Source: the human T2T-CHM13v2.0 reference genome, Homo sapiens. From it: 64,000 bases of DNA. Positions within the stretch are counted from its first letter, which is position 1, and each line of letters opens with the position of its first letter. Below, piece by piece: positions 42,826 through 57,779 of the stretch. A program made the translations under genes and the position numbers. The DNA lies in assembly GCF_009914755.1 (NCBI RefSeq), contig NC_060930.1; one strand, given 5' to 3'. The notes beneath the pieces are model-generated. The model saw only the letters and a list, made by a program, of their open reading frames with translations. It was not told the DNA's origin and made no database searches.

Positions 42826-44108
42826 TCTTTTTATACTTTAAATTCTGGGATACATGTGCAGAACATGCAGGTTTTATACATAGGTATACATGTGCCATGG
42901 TGGTTTGCTGCACCCATCAACCCATAATTTACATTAGGTATATCTCCTAATGCTACCCCTCCCCTAGCCTCCCACCCCACAAAAGCTCCAATGTGTGATG
43001 GTCCCCTCCCTGTGTCCACATGTTCTCATTGTTCAACTCCCACTTATGAGTGAGAACATGCAGTGTTTGGTTTTCTGTTTCTGTGTTAGTTTGCTGAGAA
43101 TGATGGTTTCCAGCTTCAACCATGTCCCTGCAAAGGAAATGAACTCATTCTTTTTTATGGCTGCATAGTATTCCATGGTGTATATGTACCACATTTTCTT
43201 TATACAGTTTATCATTGATGGGCATTTGGATTGGTTCCAAGTCTTTGCTATTGTGAACAGTGCTGCAATAAACATACATGCACATGTATCTTTACAGTAG
43301 AATGATTTATAGTCCTTTGGGTATATACCCAGTAATGGGATTGCTGGGTCAAATGGTATTTCTGGTTCTAGATCCTTGAGGAATTGCCATACTGTCTTCC
43401 ACAATGGTTGAACTAATTTACGCTCCCATCAACAGGGTAAAAGTGTTCCTATTTCTCCACATCCTCTCCAGCACTAGTTGTTTCCTGACTTTTTAATAAT
43501 TGCCACTCTAACTGGCATGAGATTGTATCTCATTGTGGTTTTGATTTGCATTTCTCTAATGAGCCGTGATGATGAGCTTTTTTTCATATGTTTGTTGGCT
43601 GCATAAATGTCTTTTGAGAAGTGTCTGTTCATGTCATTTGCCCACTTTTTGATGGGGTTGTTTTTTTTTTCTTGTAAGTTTGTTTTAGTTCCTTGTAGAT
43701 TCTGGATATTAGCACTTTGTCAGATGGATAGATTGCAAAAAAATTCTCCCATTCTGTGATTGCCTGTTCACTCTGATGATAGTTTCTTTTGCTGTGCAGA
43801 AGCTCTTTAGTTTAATTAGACAAAAACAAGCAATAGGGAAAGGATTACCTATTTAATAAATGGTGTTGGGAAAACTGGCTAGCCATATGCAGAAAACTGA
43901 AACTGGACTCCTTCTTTACATCTTATACAAAAATTAACTCAAGATGGATTAAAGGCTTAATATATAACCTAAAACCATAAAAACCCTAGAAGAAAACCTA
44001 GGCAATACCATTCAGGACATAGGCATGGGCAAAGACTTCATGAATAAAACACCAAAGCAATGGCAACAAAAGCCGAAATTGACAAATGGGATCTAATTAA
44101 ACTGAAGA
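42826..44108 (-). mobile_element. L1PA (PA7-like) 5'-truncated with 5' inversion
   Basis: Minus-strand 3' part 42826-43820 (ORF2 C-terminus WKTVWQFLKDLEPEIPFDPAIPLLGIYP); plus-strand upstream ORF2 segment 43819-44108; TSD GCAGT(C/T)TGATTTTT at 42812-42825 and 44109-44122. Confidence 0.95.
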
Positions 44109-44549
44109 GCAGTTTGATTTTTAGTAAGGCTTTCCGTGAAAATAACGGAGAGATGAGAAACTGCTCTATCTGACGTGAACTGCATTATTGCATTAGGTCA
44201 AGAGGACTTGCTTTAACATCATGAGAGGCTCCTGGGAAGTCAGAAACTATTAAAAACAGTGTGGCAAGGTCTGTAATACATGTATTTTTTGAGAAGTCTA
44301 CCCACATCTTTCATCAGATTTTCAAAAGGGTTCATGTCCTTAGAAAGTTTCAGAATGGTCCTGTTACATCAACCAACTCAAGACCTTCATTTGAACCATT
44401 TTGTTGACATTAACATCTCAACAAAAAAGTTAAAATGGCCTTAATTTACACTATTATATATGATTTGGCAACTCATCTTAATTACAGAATTGTTTTAAGA
44501 TATTCAACTTTACTACATTCAAGAAATTCCTATAGAACTAGATTTAATA

Positions 44550-44866
44550 CAGTCACACACAGCATAACAATGTTTTGGTAAACCACAGACCACATTTAGG
44601 ATGGTGGCCCTATAAGATTAAAATACCTTTTCTATGTTGAGATACACAAATGCCACTGTGTTACAATTGCCTACAGTATTCAGTACAGTAACATGCTGTA
44701 CAGCTTTGTAGCCTGGGAACAATAGGCTCTACCATTGAGTCTAGGCATGTAATAGACTCTACTTCCTAGGTTTGTGTAAGTTCACTCAATGATGTTCCCA
44801 CAATGATGAAATCACCTAACGACACATATCTCAGGTGTATCCCTATCATTAAGTGATGCATGACCA
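44550..44866 (+). mobile_element. Tigger3a-like MITE
   Basis: CAGTCAC...GCATGACCA ends with TA on both flanks; homologous to the ends of the element at 12781-14410. Confidence 0.85.
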
Positions 44867-45638
44867 TATTTATGTCTAATATTAATATCTCTTTAGGAAA
44901 ATATCTCTTTAATTTTATTTAATTCTTTTGAAAGTAAATGGATACTTGTCAAGTTTAAAAAGACTTTAAACAATGGATTCTGTTTAAAAGTTATAAACTT
45001 TTAAAATTCCAGTAATTTTATTTAGCTATTAATTTACTTACCAAATCCTTTCTTTTGCTGATAGCTCAGGTTGAATCAGTTCAACTTCTATCTAAATTAC
45101 CTCATAGGCCAACTACAAGACTCAAAATCAATTGACTTATATTACATAAACGCAGATAGTTAACAAGACACTCACGTACCAAACCAGAAAATGGCTTATG
45201 TTGAGACTAGTTAACATCAGCATTGGATAATCTCATCATCCACAAAATGATAAGGGAAAAAGATGCATTATAAAGATTAGACAGAAAACATTGTTAGCGG
45301 AGCGCAGGAACTGGATTAGAGGTAGACTTACTGCCGCCCGAACACATCCAGGTTCTTAGCAAATGAATATGGCTGACACTAATATCAACCTGCTAGTTTT
45401 GATCTGAGCCATGACCCATATTTCAAGACATATATATTGGAATATTTCTCAACGCAAGCAAACCTCTTCCTTAATTCTTACTTCTCATCCTCACCCCTTT
45501 GAGTTAAGTGCCTCACAAAGTGGTACTAACAGTGCACTTGTAATGCTGTTTTGTGATCATCTGCTATTTGTTTCTAATCCTGGACTGCATGCCCCTTTTT
45601 TGCAGGATTCACATCTTTTTATCTGCAGTCTCTGGCAC

Positions 45639-45836
45639 ATGTTAGCTTCTAAATAAATGTCACTGGCTAAATGAAAGAGGGGCCCTTTATAAATCCACAA
45701 ACAAATAAGTACCCAAGTGTAGGAAACAACACACGTTTGAATCTTATTTCATCTTTCTCTTGCAAGTTTTGATTCAAGAGAGGAACTCTGTGCAGTCTGA
45801 TTTTTAGTAGGGCTTTCCATGAAAACAACGGAGAGA
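45639..45836 (+). repeat. Dispersed ~190-bp direct duplicate of 42664-42825 + 44123-44153
   Basis: Colinear match ATGTTAGCTTCTAAATAAATGT...CTTGCAAGTTT...TGTGCAGTCTGATTTTTAGTA...ACGGAGAGA. Confidence 0.92.
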
Positions 45837-47700
45837 CAGGGCTACTTGGCTAAGATTTCAGTGCTCTCCCGGTGGAGCTTGCTAGAGATCAGACGCATCA
45901 CTTACCCACTTTCAATGGGGCAGCGTGCTTGGGGAGAAATGGATCTGCAGCTACAAGCCTGCATTGCACAAGCCTGTGGGTTCCTGCTGCCTATATCAAC
46001 AGGAGGCCTTTGCCCAGCAAATGGTTTGGTATACTTTTCATCTTCCTTGACAATTAAAGCTCCAATGTGGCATGTTTGTGTTTCAGGTGAAAGGTTTAAG
46101 GCACTAAGGAAGAGTCACCCTTGTTGCCTCATCAACATTAATTAGCTGGCATGATTTCCAAATAGCCTTTGATTAAAACCTTTGAGACAGTGACAGTCAA
46201 GAAAAACAAGGTCCAAGTCTGTGTTCATCGAACAAAACAAATGCAGTCCAGAACAATCATTTCTTGGCCTTCATGTCCCGAAAAGCAGACCCACAAAAGA
46301 CAGGCCATCACTCAGGTTCATCTGAGAGCAACCTGCAAGCGGATCCAGGCTTAGGGCATAACAAGACGGCCCACAAGCCTCGACTATAGAGAGGTTCACA
46401 AGCACTTCTCAAGGAGCCTGTAGGAAGCTCTGTTATCCCCAGCAGACAACACAGACAATACTAAAACATGGCCCACCATGGCAAGACCAAGTCTCAGATC
46501 TCTCCTCCTGGGTTGTATGTGCTGGCCAAGGGCCTCCAAGTCCCAACGGGAACGTTCTATCTACACCCGCAGCCTCCTGGCCCTTCCCTCCCTTCAGCTG
46601 CTGCAGCCCACATACACCTCACTCACCTCGTACACATTGTACGCCTCATCACTTCTCTCCTCTCGCAGCTTGGTGAGATCAAAGGCTGCGGCTGATGTGG
46701 ATAAATTACACTCTAATGTGAAAGACATTCAGTCATGCTATTGCTTTACCTCAGGCATCAGAGTTGGGCAATAAAGAAAAGGCTTGTGCCTGGGTAGAAA
46801 AGGACTCCAGGCATCTTTCCAGTGCCCTTTGAATGGAGTCACTCCAGCTTCTCCTGGGAGCTGTTCTGAAGCCACTGGGTTCAGTCCAGTGCCCCTTGAG
46901 TGCCTCCTCTGTGCCAGGCACCGTGCTAGGTACAGAGGATGAAAAATGGGTAAGACACAGCCCGGGGGTCTAGTTGCAGGGTTACATGTGTGATTTTGCT
47001 CTGCTTCCTGGCGTGGGAGAGGTAGATGAAGGGAAATAGACCTTGGTTTCCCCCGACAAACCCAGCTCTCTTGCAAGGGAGACTGGTTACAGGAACCTCT
47101 GTTCCAGGCTCCACCTGCTCACTCACAGCCACAGCCCACCCAAATTCCACATCCGAGGGTTGCTCTTTCTGCCTCCATCCCCTCTCCAGAGCTCCTGGCT
47201 CCCTACAAGCCCAAGTCTCCCTCCTGCTCAGCCCCACACACATGAGAAATCCAGAATCTGTTTTCCCTAGGTTTGCTTCCAGCTCATATGTTCCCTGTCC
47301 CACGTCGTGAGAGCTTTTCTGCAGTCAGTCACAGGTAGCTTCCTTAATTGCATAGATTTCTGGTAGCAGATTTTCTTCCTCAATTTTGACCCACTCTGGT
47401 CTGTAAAACACTATGAACCTATTTATGTTTTCCTGAAATCACATTAACCAGAGATTTGAGGGCTGCCCTGCTTCCAAACATGTTAGATAATGTTAATTCA
47501 GGGTCTTAAATAATGCTGCAAATAATTCACTCGGTGCACAGTTTACTAGCAAATACACAAGATTTGGCTGAATGAAATTATGTTGACTGTTGGTGAGTGC
47601 GGAGTACTTTTTTTTGCAACAGTCTGAGGTTGAACTTCATTGGTTTGAAATTGTGAGTCACAGCCTGCATGCTTCTCATCCACAAATTGCTTCCCTCTAA

Positions 47701-47902
47701 GCAGTGATTCTCAGTTGAAAGTGATGGCACTCGGACCCTGGGCAGTGTCTGGAGACATTGGGGATGAGCACTGGATGTTCCTGGCACGTGGTGGTTGGGG
47801 GCCAGAGATGCCCCCAACCATCCTACAACATCCAGGTTAGGCCCCACAGTGGAGAATCACCCAGCCGAAACTGTCAACAGGACCACAGTTGAGCAACCTG
47901 CT
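47701..47902 (+). mobile_element. MER20-like hAT MITE
   Basis: CAGTGATTCTCA...GGCAGTGTCTGGAGACATT...GGCCAGAGATGC...GTTGAGCAACCTG. Confidence 0.72.
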
Positions 47903-49088
47903 TTAAAGGAATCCACTGGATGCCTGCAGTGTTCTCACCACCCCAGGTTCACTCCGATTGTCCCACATGTCATCCTTCCATGTCACTCAGGTGAGCTCAA
48001 TAGGAGGTCCTTCAGGAATTCTCCATGAGAAAACCATTCTGGCTTCCAGTGCTGCTACAGCTGGGGTCTGGATGGCTTTCAATATTCTCTTCTACAGGAG
48101 CATGTCTTTGCATGGTGCCAGGGAAGCCAGAGATAGCTAGCAGATTCCCCTGAGCCTCATTCACATTAGAAGCCCTTGCTGTTGTCAGAAGGGAACCTAA
48201 AAGAGAGTTGGATATTTAACTTTTTAAATTTGTTTGCTCAGTTCAGATACATAGGTGGGATGGTTCTATATTATGATACACGCTTGGCTCCATGTTGTCT
48301 GGATAATGATCACTACCATGCTGGACAAGCTATGTATGGTGTAAATGGACACTTTCTGGAGAGCACCCGTCACATCTCACCCTCAGAGCCTCCTGGTCAG
48401 GGTCTCCTGAGGTATAAGTCACCATAGTTACTTTGGAGACCTTGCTATCCTGGCCACAGTGAACTAGACCAAATATTGGTGTCTGGCCCAAGTATGATCC
48501 AGAAGAGAGCCTGGAATAAGAGCTCCACTCAATGTGAGTGCTTAATACAGATGACAGACTGGCAGGAACCACCACATGCTCTGGGTTGCAGTGTTTGTGC
48601 TACCTGTAGAGGCAGACAGTTGCGAAACACAGCAAAGGCAGCGGACAGAACCCATGAACCTCAGAGGATATCAGCAAGCAGAAGCACACTGCAGAAAGAA
48701 CACCAACTTGGATGTGTTCCCGTGAATCCCAGCTACCCAGAGCCATCATGGGCTCATGGGTAGGTGTTCAGTTAATCTGTGTTTAGAGAATGATTTAAGA
48801 ATAGGGAGATGTCTGGCAGCAGTAGCAGGAGATTAAGAAGGAAAGACATCAGGGAGCTCTTGACCATGATGTTGGAGCTCAGTGTAGAAAGTGTCACCCA
48901 CTGCTGAGTGGATGACAAGATCACCTGATCCCTAGATGTCTCATGTCCTATATAGCATGCCTCCCTGCCTGAGGCCAAGCCAGGCCACTCTTGGGGCTGC
49001 TTCCTGCTCTCTTTCTTACCTGTGTAATTTCAAAATAAAATGACAGTAACTTAGATACTCTGAAATGTCTCTTAAAACCCCCAAAAAG

Positions 49089-49457
<369 letters not shown>

Positions 49458-50623
49458 CTAAGATGTGTACCTGCCCCTGGGGTTAATCCTTCTAGTTCAT
49501 AACTTGGATTAATAATGGGACAAAATCTCTTACTAGGACTAAAAGCAAGAAAGAATATTTTTAGATGCTTTGTTCCCTCCCCTGCTCCAGCCACACTGTG
49601 CCTCTTGCCAGATAAAATACAAGCATTTCTGTACCTTCTCCTGCATGACATAAACAAGACCTAGGATTTGATGAGTTCTGTCTTAGATGAGACTTGGGAC
49701 AGGCCACAGCTCTGCCCAGCCTCATCCTGAGTAAGTCAACGTTAACTTGATCCACCCTGTAATCAAAGCATGATTTATTCTGGAACCCTGAACCCACAGC
49801 AAAACATTAGATAACAACTAGCCTATTAATAAGAGATGAAAGTGTTATTTTTAGATTAGGTTAACCTGGAAAAAGGTTGACTCAATTCTGGCTTACTGAG
49901 ACGACCAAGCTGTGTACATTAACGGATCATCTATTTATGTACTTAGCAGTGCTCAAATTAACAGGCACGTATCCACTCTCGTAACGCTGTGGTTTTCTGA
50001 AATGGGCGCAGGTGTTCCATGTAGGTAAGAGTCACCTCTGTGAACACACGCATTTCTCTTTCCTGTTAGAAAATACCTGAAATCTCTTCCGAATGCTGTG
50101 CAGACTCCAGCCTGTACGGGTATTACAAACTGAACCCCCACTGCCCTCCGACTGGCTGCACACTGAGTTAGCATCTGCTCGCCCTTCTGCCCCATGTTCT
50201 TTGAGGGTGAGGAGGTGGTAAACACGGGCATGACACAGTGTAAGCATGACTGCTGCCGCCGGCTCTTACTGTAAGGTTTTTAGTTAAGAATTCATTTCTC
50301 AATTCCCCGTGGAGCTAACTTACAAAAGAATGAGGAAGAATAATGAGAGCATTTTATCAGGAAAAAAAAAAACTTTTTTTTAAAAAAAACAATAGCCTGC
50401 TAATGATGTAGATGAGATCGTGTCCATTTTACAGACAAAGAAATTGAAACCAGAAGGCTCATCATCGCAAAGCAATTTTCCATTGATTCTAGAATGAAAA
50501 TCTAGTTTTTAAAATTTTAATTTCAGTACTATGGCCTCTGTAATATGTATTTCATTACCTGACTAGGAAAAATGAGACCAAAGAAAAGAAACGGAACTTC
50601 TAACTCAAACTTATTAAACCAGA

Positions 50624-51930
<1,307 letters not shown>

Positions 51931-53649
51931 TTTTTCCCATCTTTTAGATGAGAATACTGGTACCTATCACAAAGACGGTGAAGATTCATTGAGATAATGA
52001 ATACATGCCCAGTACAGTGCATGACTCATAGTTGACACTGAAAATAGTAGGTATTATTTTTATTATATAGTCACTCCAGGTAGTAGGAAAATACTGAATG
52101 ACAAAGCATTCAGTGGGAAATAATAACAGATAAGTCCACTGTCACTCAGAATGATGAGGAATATGGCTGAGTACTAACAAAAGCAATATGTTATTTACAC
52201 AGGCTGATTTCCCTGTTTTGCAGGCTGTGAAATTTGGTTGCTTTAGAGATAGGGTGGTTATTAGACATCAGTGAAAATAAGCACACTGTGAGAATTTATA
52301 GGGAAATACATTTAATTAAGTGCCATCTGAGCCACCCACACTGTGAACAAGGATTCTGGCAACAAAGGGTTATTGTTGCCAAGTTCCTGCCAAATGTTAT
52401 TTTCCTAAGTTAGTGTGTTGGTGGTGGTGGCGGTGTTTTTTCTGGCCAAAGCCTGAACAAAGAATTCCAGATGGCAACATGGAGTGGGAAAGCCTCATCA
52501 CCGTAGACCAAAATTCTCCCAAAGTCCAAAGAAGATTGGGAAATCCTTTTAAAATATTTCCTTTGGATGGAGGAAGGGAGTGGGTACCACAGGAAATGTA
52601 AAGTAGGAAATAACGGCGATTTAACTTAACTTTAGGGTAAATTCTTTGAGGATATTAATTCATTTCTTAAAACTTAGAATGTGCTTCCCCCACCCCCAAG
52701 GAGGAACACCAATGCAAGGCCTGGGCAAAGCACAAGGTTCTCACTAAGCGCTAGTTGAACTGAGCAAAACTGACCCCCAGAGCACAGAGTAAGTATGACA
52801 GAAATGACATCGACAATGACCAGCTCATTAAGCTCTTCTGCAGGTTTCAGTCTCTGCACTGAGCACTTCACGCGTATCATCAGATCCTGCAACAACCCCA
52901 TGACAACCTTATTTCTTCCTTGATTCTTAGCTATAGAAATTCAGTCTCAGAGAGGTTAAAGACTTTCCTTCATCACAGAGCCAGTCAGTCACAGAGCTGG
53001 GATCAACCCCAGATCTGTCTCACTTTCAAGGTCATTTTCTACCACCGCACTGAGAAACCTGAGTAAAGTCCCAAAACTCCACCTTCACATCAATAGGTCA
53101 CTAAAACAATCAATGTGTAAGATTAAGCTTGGCCAACAGAGGAATTCTGACCAATGTGAAACTACCGGTCGAGAAACTCAGGAAGATACCTACTGTGTTG
53201 GGAAATCACAGGACATTCTGTGTAACAAAGTTCAGTGTTACGGGGTAAAAACTAAAACACCCAACAAGCCAGTGAGGGTCACTTGTATAACTGAGGCTCC
53301 ACGTTTCCACTGGAGGAGCCGAGTGTGCAGGGGTGTGGTGCAGCGCCTCACACAGCCTTACGCAGGAATGTAGTTGGCACACCCTTCTTTCTCCCTAGCC
53401 AGCAGAAAAAAATGCAGATACGCAGATTGAAAGTATAAATGTAAAAATTGCTTAATTCATTGTTAAATATTCTTATAGCTATCAGATGTAATGACAAAGA
53501 CAGACAATGCCAGAAGTCATGTTTTCACAACTCTTTAGAAAAGAAAATAAGACAGTAAAGATCTGGAAAGCACGTAATTACAGGCTGCAAGTGCAATTTT
53601 GTTGCATGAGAGTGACCTGCCTCCACCCCCAGTCTCCACCATCCTTTGG

Positions 53650-54625
53650 ACTTATCCTTTATAAGCTGAAGACTGCTATATCACTCCCAAAGTCTCTACT
53701 GAGCTGCTAAACCATACATCCAATTAGCTTTCAGATGGCTCCAGTTACATGTCACAAACAGTTCAAATTCAATATATCAAAAGTATCCAAAATTTAGCTC
53801 ATAATCTTGTAGTCCAAATACGTTCTTTCTTTAATATCCACTATTCCAGTGAATAGCCCAGGTATTCTTACAACCATTCATGCTGGAGACCCAAGGGTCA
53901 CCTCGGACTTGGACTCCTCTCTATCTTCTTCCCTCTACAACTGAGTTCTCTCAGGTTTGCCTTGCATATTTCCTGATTTCATCTTTCTCCATTTCTCCCT
54001 TTCTCTCTCCCTCTCTCTCTCCACCCAGCAGTGGTGCCTTTAGTTCATCATTGTTTCTCATCTGAATTAAACCAAGTACACCAAGTCCCTCAGTTATTCT
54101 TTCTCTAGTCTTGTTCCAACATAATCCATTTTCCACTCTAATCTGGTCCTTTCACCTCACTGACTCTAGACACTTCTGTATAAAGTCCAAAAGTCTTCAC
54201 ATGCCATATAAGATCCTTCATGATCTGTTACCTGCCCACCCTCTCCATTTTTGACCCTTGTCCTTCCTACCCTGTGCCTCCACAATCTAGTCAAAGCAAA
54301 CTCCGTACTTTATCTCAAATGGCCTTCACGCTCATCTTTGTGCTTATCCTCCCATATCTGTCACACTCTTTCCCTGCTAACCCCTCCACACTCCTATATA
54401 AGGTAAGGTCAATGCTAGAAAATGTGGACTTGGCCCCCATCTCCTTCCTCTCGTGGCACCCTGTGCTCACCTCTGCCCCTCTGTCGTGGTACTTACCATA
54501 TTGGGTTGTGATCATCTTCAAAGCTAGCATCCCAAAAGACAGACATGGATTACTCATCTTTGTATCTATCACCTAGTAGAGTCCATGCAATAATAGGTGG
54601 TCAATAAAAGTTTGTGGAATGAATT
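53650..54625 (+). mobile_element. Degenerate L2 3' region
   Basis: Pyrimidine-rich L2-like text ending TCAATAAAAGTTTGTGGAATGAAT. Confidence 0.62.
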
Positions 54626-55079
54626 AATCTAGAAAAGAAGAAAGGAAAGCAAAAAGGGACACCATACATCGGGGAGAGTTTGTTTATAGGCACATTTAAC
54701 AGTTGTGAGACACAGATGATCTATTATGTTAACAATTGTGAGAGACAGATGATCTGTTATGTTTTCAGAGTTTGGGACTTCAACAGGGAACTAAGAGGAA
54801 TAAAAGGAAGCCTGATCTCAACGATTTAAATAACATAAAGATCATAACTGAAATATTTAATTGCCTAAAGGGACAAATGGATTCATCAGCTGAAGGGTAA
54901 ACTAATCCGTAAATATCCCAGGTCTAACAGTGTCTGGCATAAAGCCTTGGTGAAAATGGGCACACCCTGCACTGCACTCTGGTGATAACCCTTAACAAAA
55001 AGTGACACCAGCCTGCTGGAGCTTTCCTCCATGCACAACAACTTCAGCCAGGGAGAAGCAGTGGTAAAAATAATAATCA

Positions 55080-55396
55080 TGAAAGATAAATACATAATGG
55101 ATAAATGGATGGATGAAAAGATAGGCAGTGGATGGATAGATAAGATAGAATAAATAGATGATTGGTAAGTAGATGATGGATAGATGATAGATGAAATTGA
55201 ATAGATACATGATTGATAGATGATGGACAGATAAATGATGGATAAATGATAGATAATAGATGATAGATACAGAGATCAAATAGAATAAATAGATGATTGA
55301 TAAATAGACGATGTATAGATAAATGATAGGTGATAGACAGATGATAGATAATAGATGAAATAGATAGGCAATACATAGATGATAGAAAGACAGATG

Positions 55397-55448
<52 letters not shown>

Positions 55449-55449
55449 G
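55080..55449. repeat. Degenerate (GATA/GATG)n tract ending in a pure (GACA)n STR
   Basis: Direct reading; about 11 uninterrupted GACA units at ~55405-55448. Confidence 0.93.
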
Positions 55450-55849
55450 GCTGGCCATAGCTGTTTTGCTGGTGAAGCTGCAGTGGCAGAACACTGTTGC
55501 AAAAATAAATGCAGGCAAAAAATGTGGACATTTGGAAGGTGGAAGCCAATGGACTGTCAGTGGGATCTGCTAAAAAGAAATTTATGGTCTGATCCCACAG
55601 ATGGTGATATCTGTGGAGGACCAGCCACCTTGTGCAAAAGCTGGGAAGAATGAGAGGAGAAACTAGACAAGAACTAAACAAGTGAAGAGAACAACAGAAG
55701 ATGGTAAAGAAGAGGATCTAAGGCAATAGCTGCTAAGGTGTTGACCATTAGCAAAACCAGTGCAGAGGGAGAAGATACATTGACACTGAAATTAGAGAAG
55801 AGAATGCATTAGTCCCAAAGATACAGAAGCTGAAACAGCCCAATACTCA

Positions 55850-56920
55850 GGACTTGCACTTCTGGCCATGATGGAGTAACATGGATCAGATTCACCCTCT
55901 TACCTTAAAAAACAACAACAAATGGAAATAATTTTAAATAATTTCAGACACTGGAAAAGAGGCAGCAGAGGACAGAGATTCCTGAGAAAAGGGGGAACAA
56001 GCAAGGTGAGCCCTGAGATGCCCCGGCTTACCAGGTGGACAGCGTTTTCAGTTAAGTGATGGTGCAAAAAGATGGAATCTAAACAAAGCCTACTGGTTTA
56101 TGGACACAAGTGAGAATTCAGGGAGACACTCTGGCTAACCCCGTAGAGGAGAGTAATGGAGGAAAGAGAGCTTCACAGGGAAGAGAGCTGCACAGAGAGA
56201 CCTGCACAGAAGGAGAGTCTGGAGATGGAAAGGGGGTTCCTCTACTCTTCAGCTGAGTACTGGTCAGGGTGTGGATGTGAAGAAGCTGCACCCATCAGGA
56301 GTGAGTGGGTGGAATCATCCCTGAGCTAGGGGCAAGGAACTTTGATGTCCCCATAGCAGAGTGGAGAAATCTTGTAATACATGGTCGTGCCCTCAAAAGG
56401 AAAAAAGTACCCCTAGACCAGGTTCTTTTGTGGTTCATAAGTGTGATGATTGGGTTTTTTGCTCATGTGTGAGATGTGCCTCCCTCAAACCTCGTTATGA
56501 TGTCGGCACATCACCCATCTGACTTGGAAAAAAAAAAATCCCTGCACCAAAGGCTGTTCTGGTTCCATCTAACCATGCTTGAAAGCAAACTTCAAAAAGA
56601 TTAACTGTTTCCAAGCAACTTAAGTATGTCCCAGAACAGACCAAGAATACTTAAAAGAATACAGAAATATCTGACATCCAACAAGATAAAAATTACATCT
56701 GGCCATCCACTCAAAAATTACCAGACATGCAAAGTAGCAAGGGAACATAATGGACAATGAGCGGGAGGGAAACTGATCAACATAAACAGACCCAGAAATA
56801 ACATAGATGCAGGAGTTAGTAGACAAGGACATCAAAACAGTTATAACTACATTCCATATGTTCAAGAAGGTGGAGAAAAATGTGAGCATATTAAAGATAT
56901 AAAAAGATATTTTAAGAGAG
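55850..56920 (+). mobile_element. Ancient L1M 5' region
   Basis: GACTTGCACTTCTGGCCATGATGGAGTAAC start, similar to 50624; AAAATTACCAGACATGCAAAG. Confidence 0.65.
56422..56538 (+). pseudogene. U13 (SNORD13) box C/D snoRNA retrocopy
   Basis: Colinear over ~103 nt with recalled U13 (ATCCTTTTGTAGTTCATGAGCGTGATGATTGGG...GAGATGTGCC...GGCACATTACCCGTCTGA); box C GTGATGA 56443-56449; box D CTGA 56519-56522; A11 tail 56528-56538. Confidence 0.9.
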
Positions 56921-57006
56921 CCTTAAAGTTGGGAGAGGAGCACCTCAAAGCTTGAGGTATCTCTGATATGTAAAAAGAAAGCAGCAACATCCACTTTCCT
57001 TATCTG

Positions 57007-57135
57007 GTGTGATCATACCAGGCACTTTCCAAACAAGTAGACTTTTGAGAATGAAAGGGGTGCTGTTAATAATGAGCTTGGGACCATCAGCATAAACAGA
57101 GACTGCCCCGGGTTGACTGTGACATATGATGGGGC
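57007..57135 (+). mobile_element. MER81-like hAT-Blackjack MITE
   Basis: ACTTTTGAGAATGAAAGGGGTGCTGTTAATAAT...GACTGCCCCGGG. Confidence 0.68.
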
Positions 57136-57779
57136 CAACATTTCCTCCCAAAGCTTAGCAATATTTAACAGTGTGTAGGACATGAACATCAACAACAGCT
57201 GACATTATGGTTTCAGTCCTTAAAGGGATGGCCTCAGCCTCTGGGAACTCTCAGCCATGCCTACTAATGCACACCACATATCTCTCCAAAATAAGTTTGT
57301 CATTTGCAGTCCTCTCCATTTGTCCCGTGGCTGACTTTGACCTCTCTCTACTGTGTTGTGCCTGACTCTTTCACTGAGAGCCTCAGGCTCAGATTTCACA
57401 ATCCTTGTCCCAATCAAACTTAGCTGACTCTAGTCTCAACCCCACAGGACCATGCTGCCTACCACTCAACAGGAGCTAAAATGAAAAAGTTGTGAAGGAC
57501 TTAATGAGTTACTGCTCCTTGGTAGGGAACTTATAGTAAAGCTACTGCTAGCCTCCTGGCTTTGCACGACAGCCCACCAGTTACACCAAACCAAAGTTTG
57601 CCTAAGTATTGGCAAATCCCCTGTCAAGTGGTATCTGTAAATACTCTGAATTATTTGTCCAAGTGAGTCAAAATTATTCAGGGTGCCAAAGAGAAAGACG
57701 ATCTCTTGCAAGGTAAGCAACAAGTCTCGCGAAATCTTCAAGTCCCGATCCAGTGGGGAGAAATTTCCGTCCAATGACA

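Noticed and set aside
43033-43404. 123-aa ORF with clear protein similarity
   Set aside because: C-terminus of L1 ORF2p in a truncated, inverted copy; not a gene.
54992-55681. 229-aa ORF, the longest in the track
   Set aside because: Mostly reads through the (TATC/TGTC)n microsatellite.
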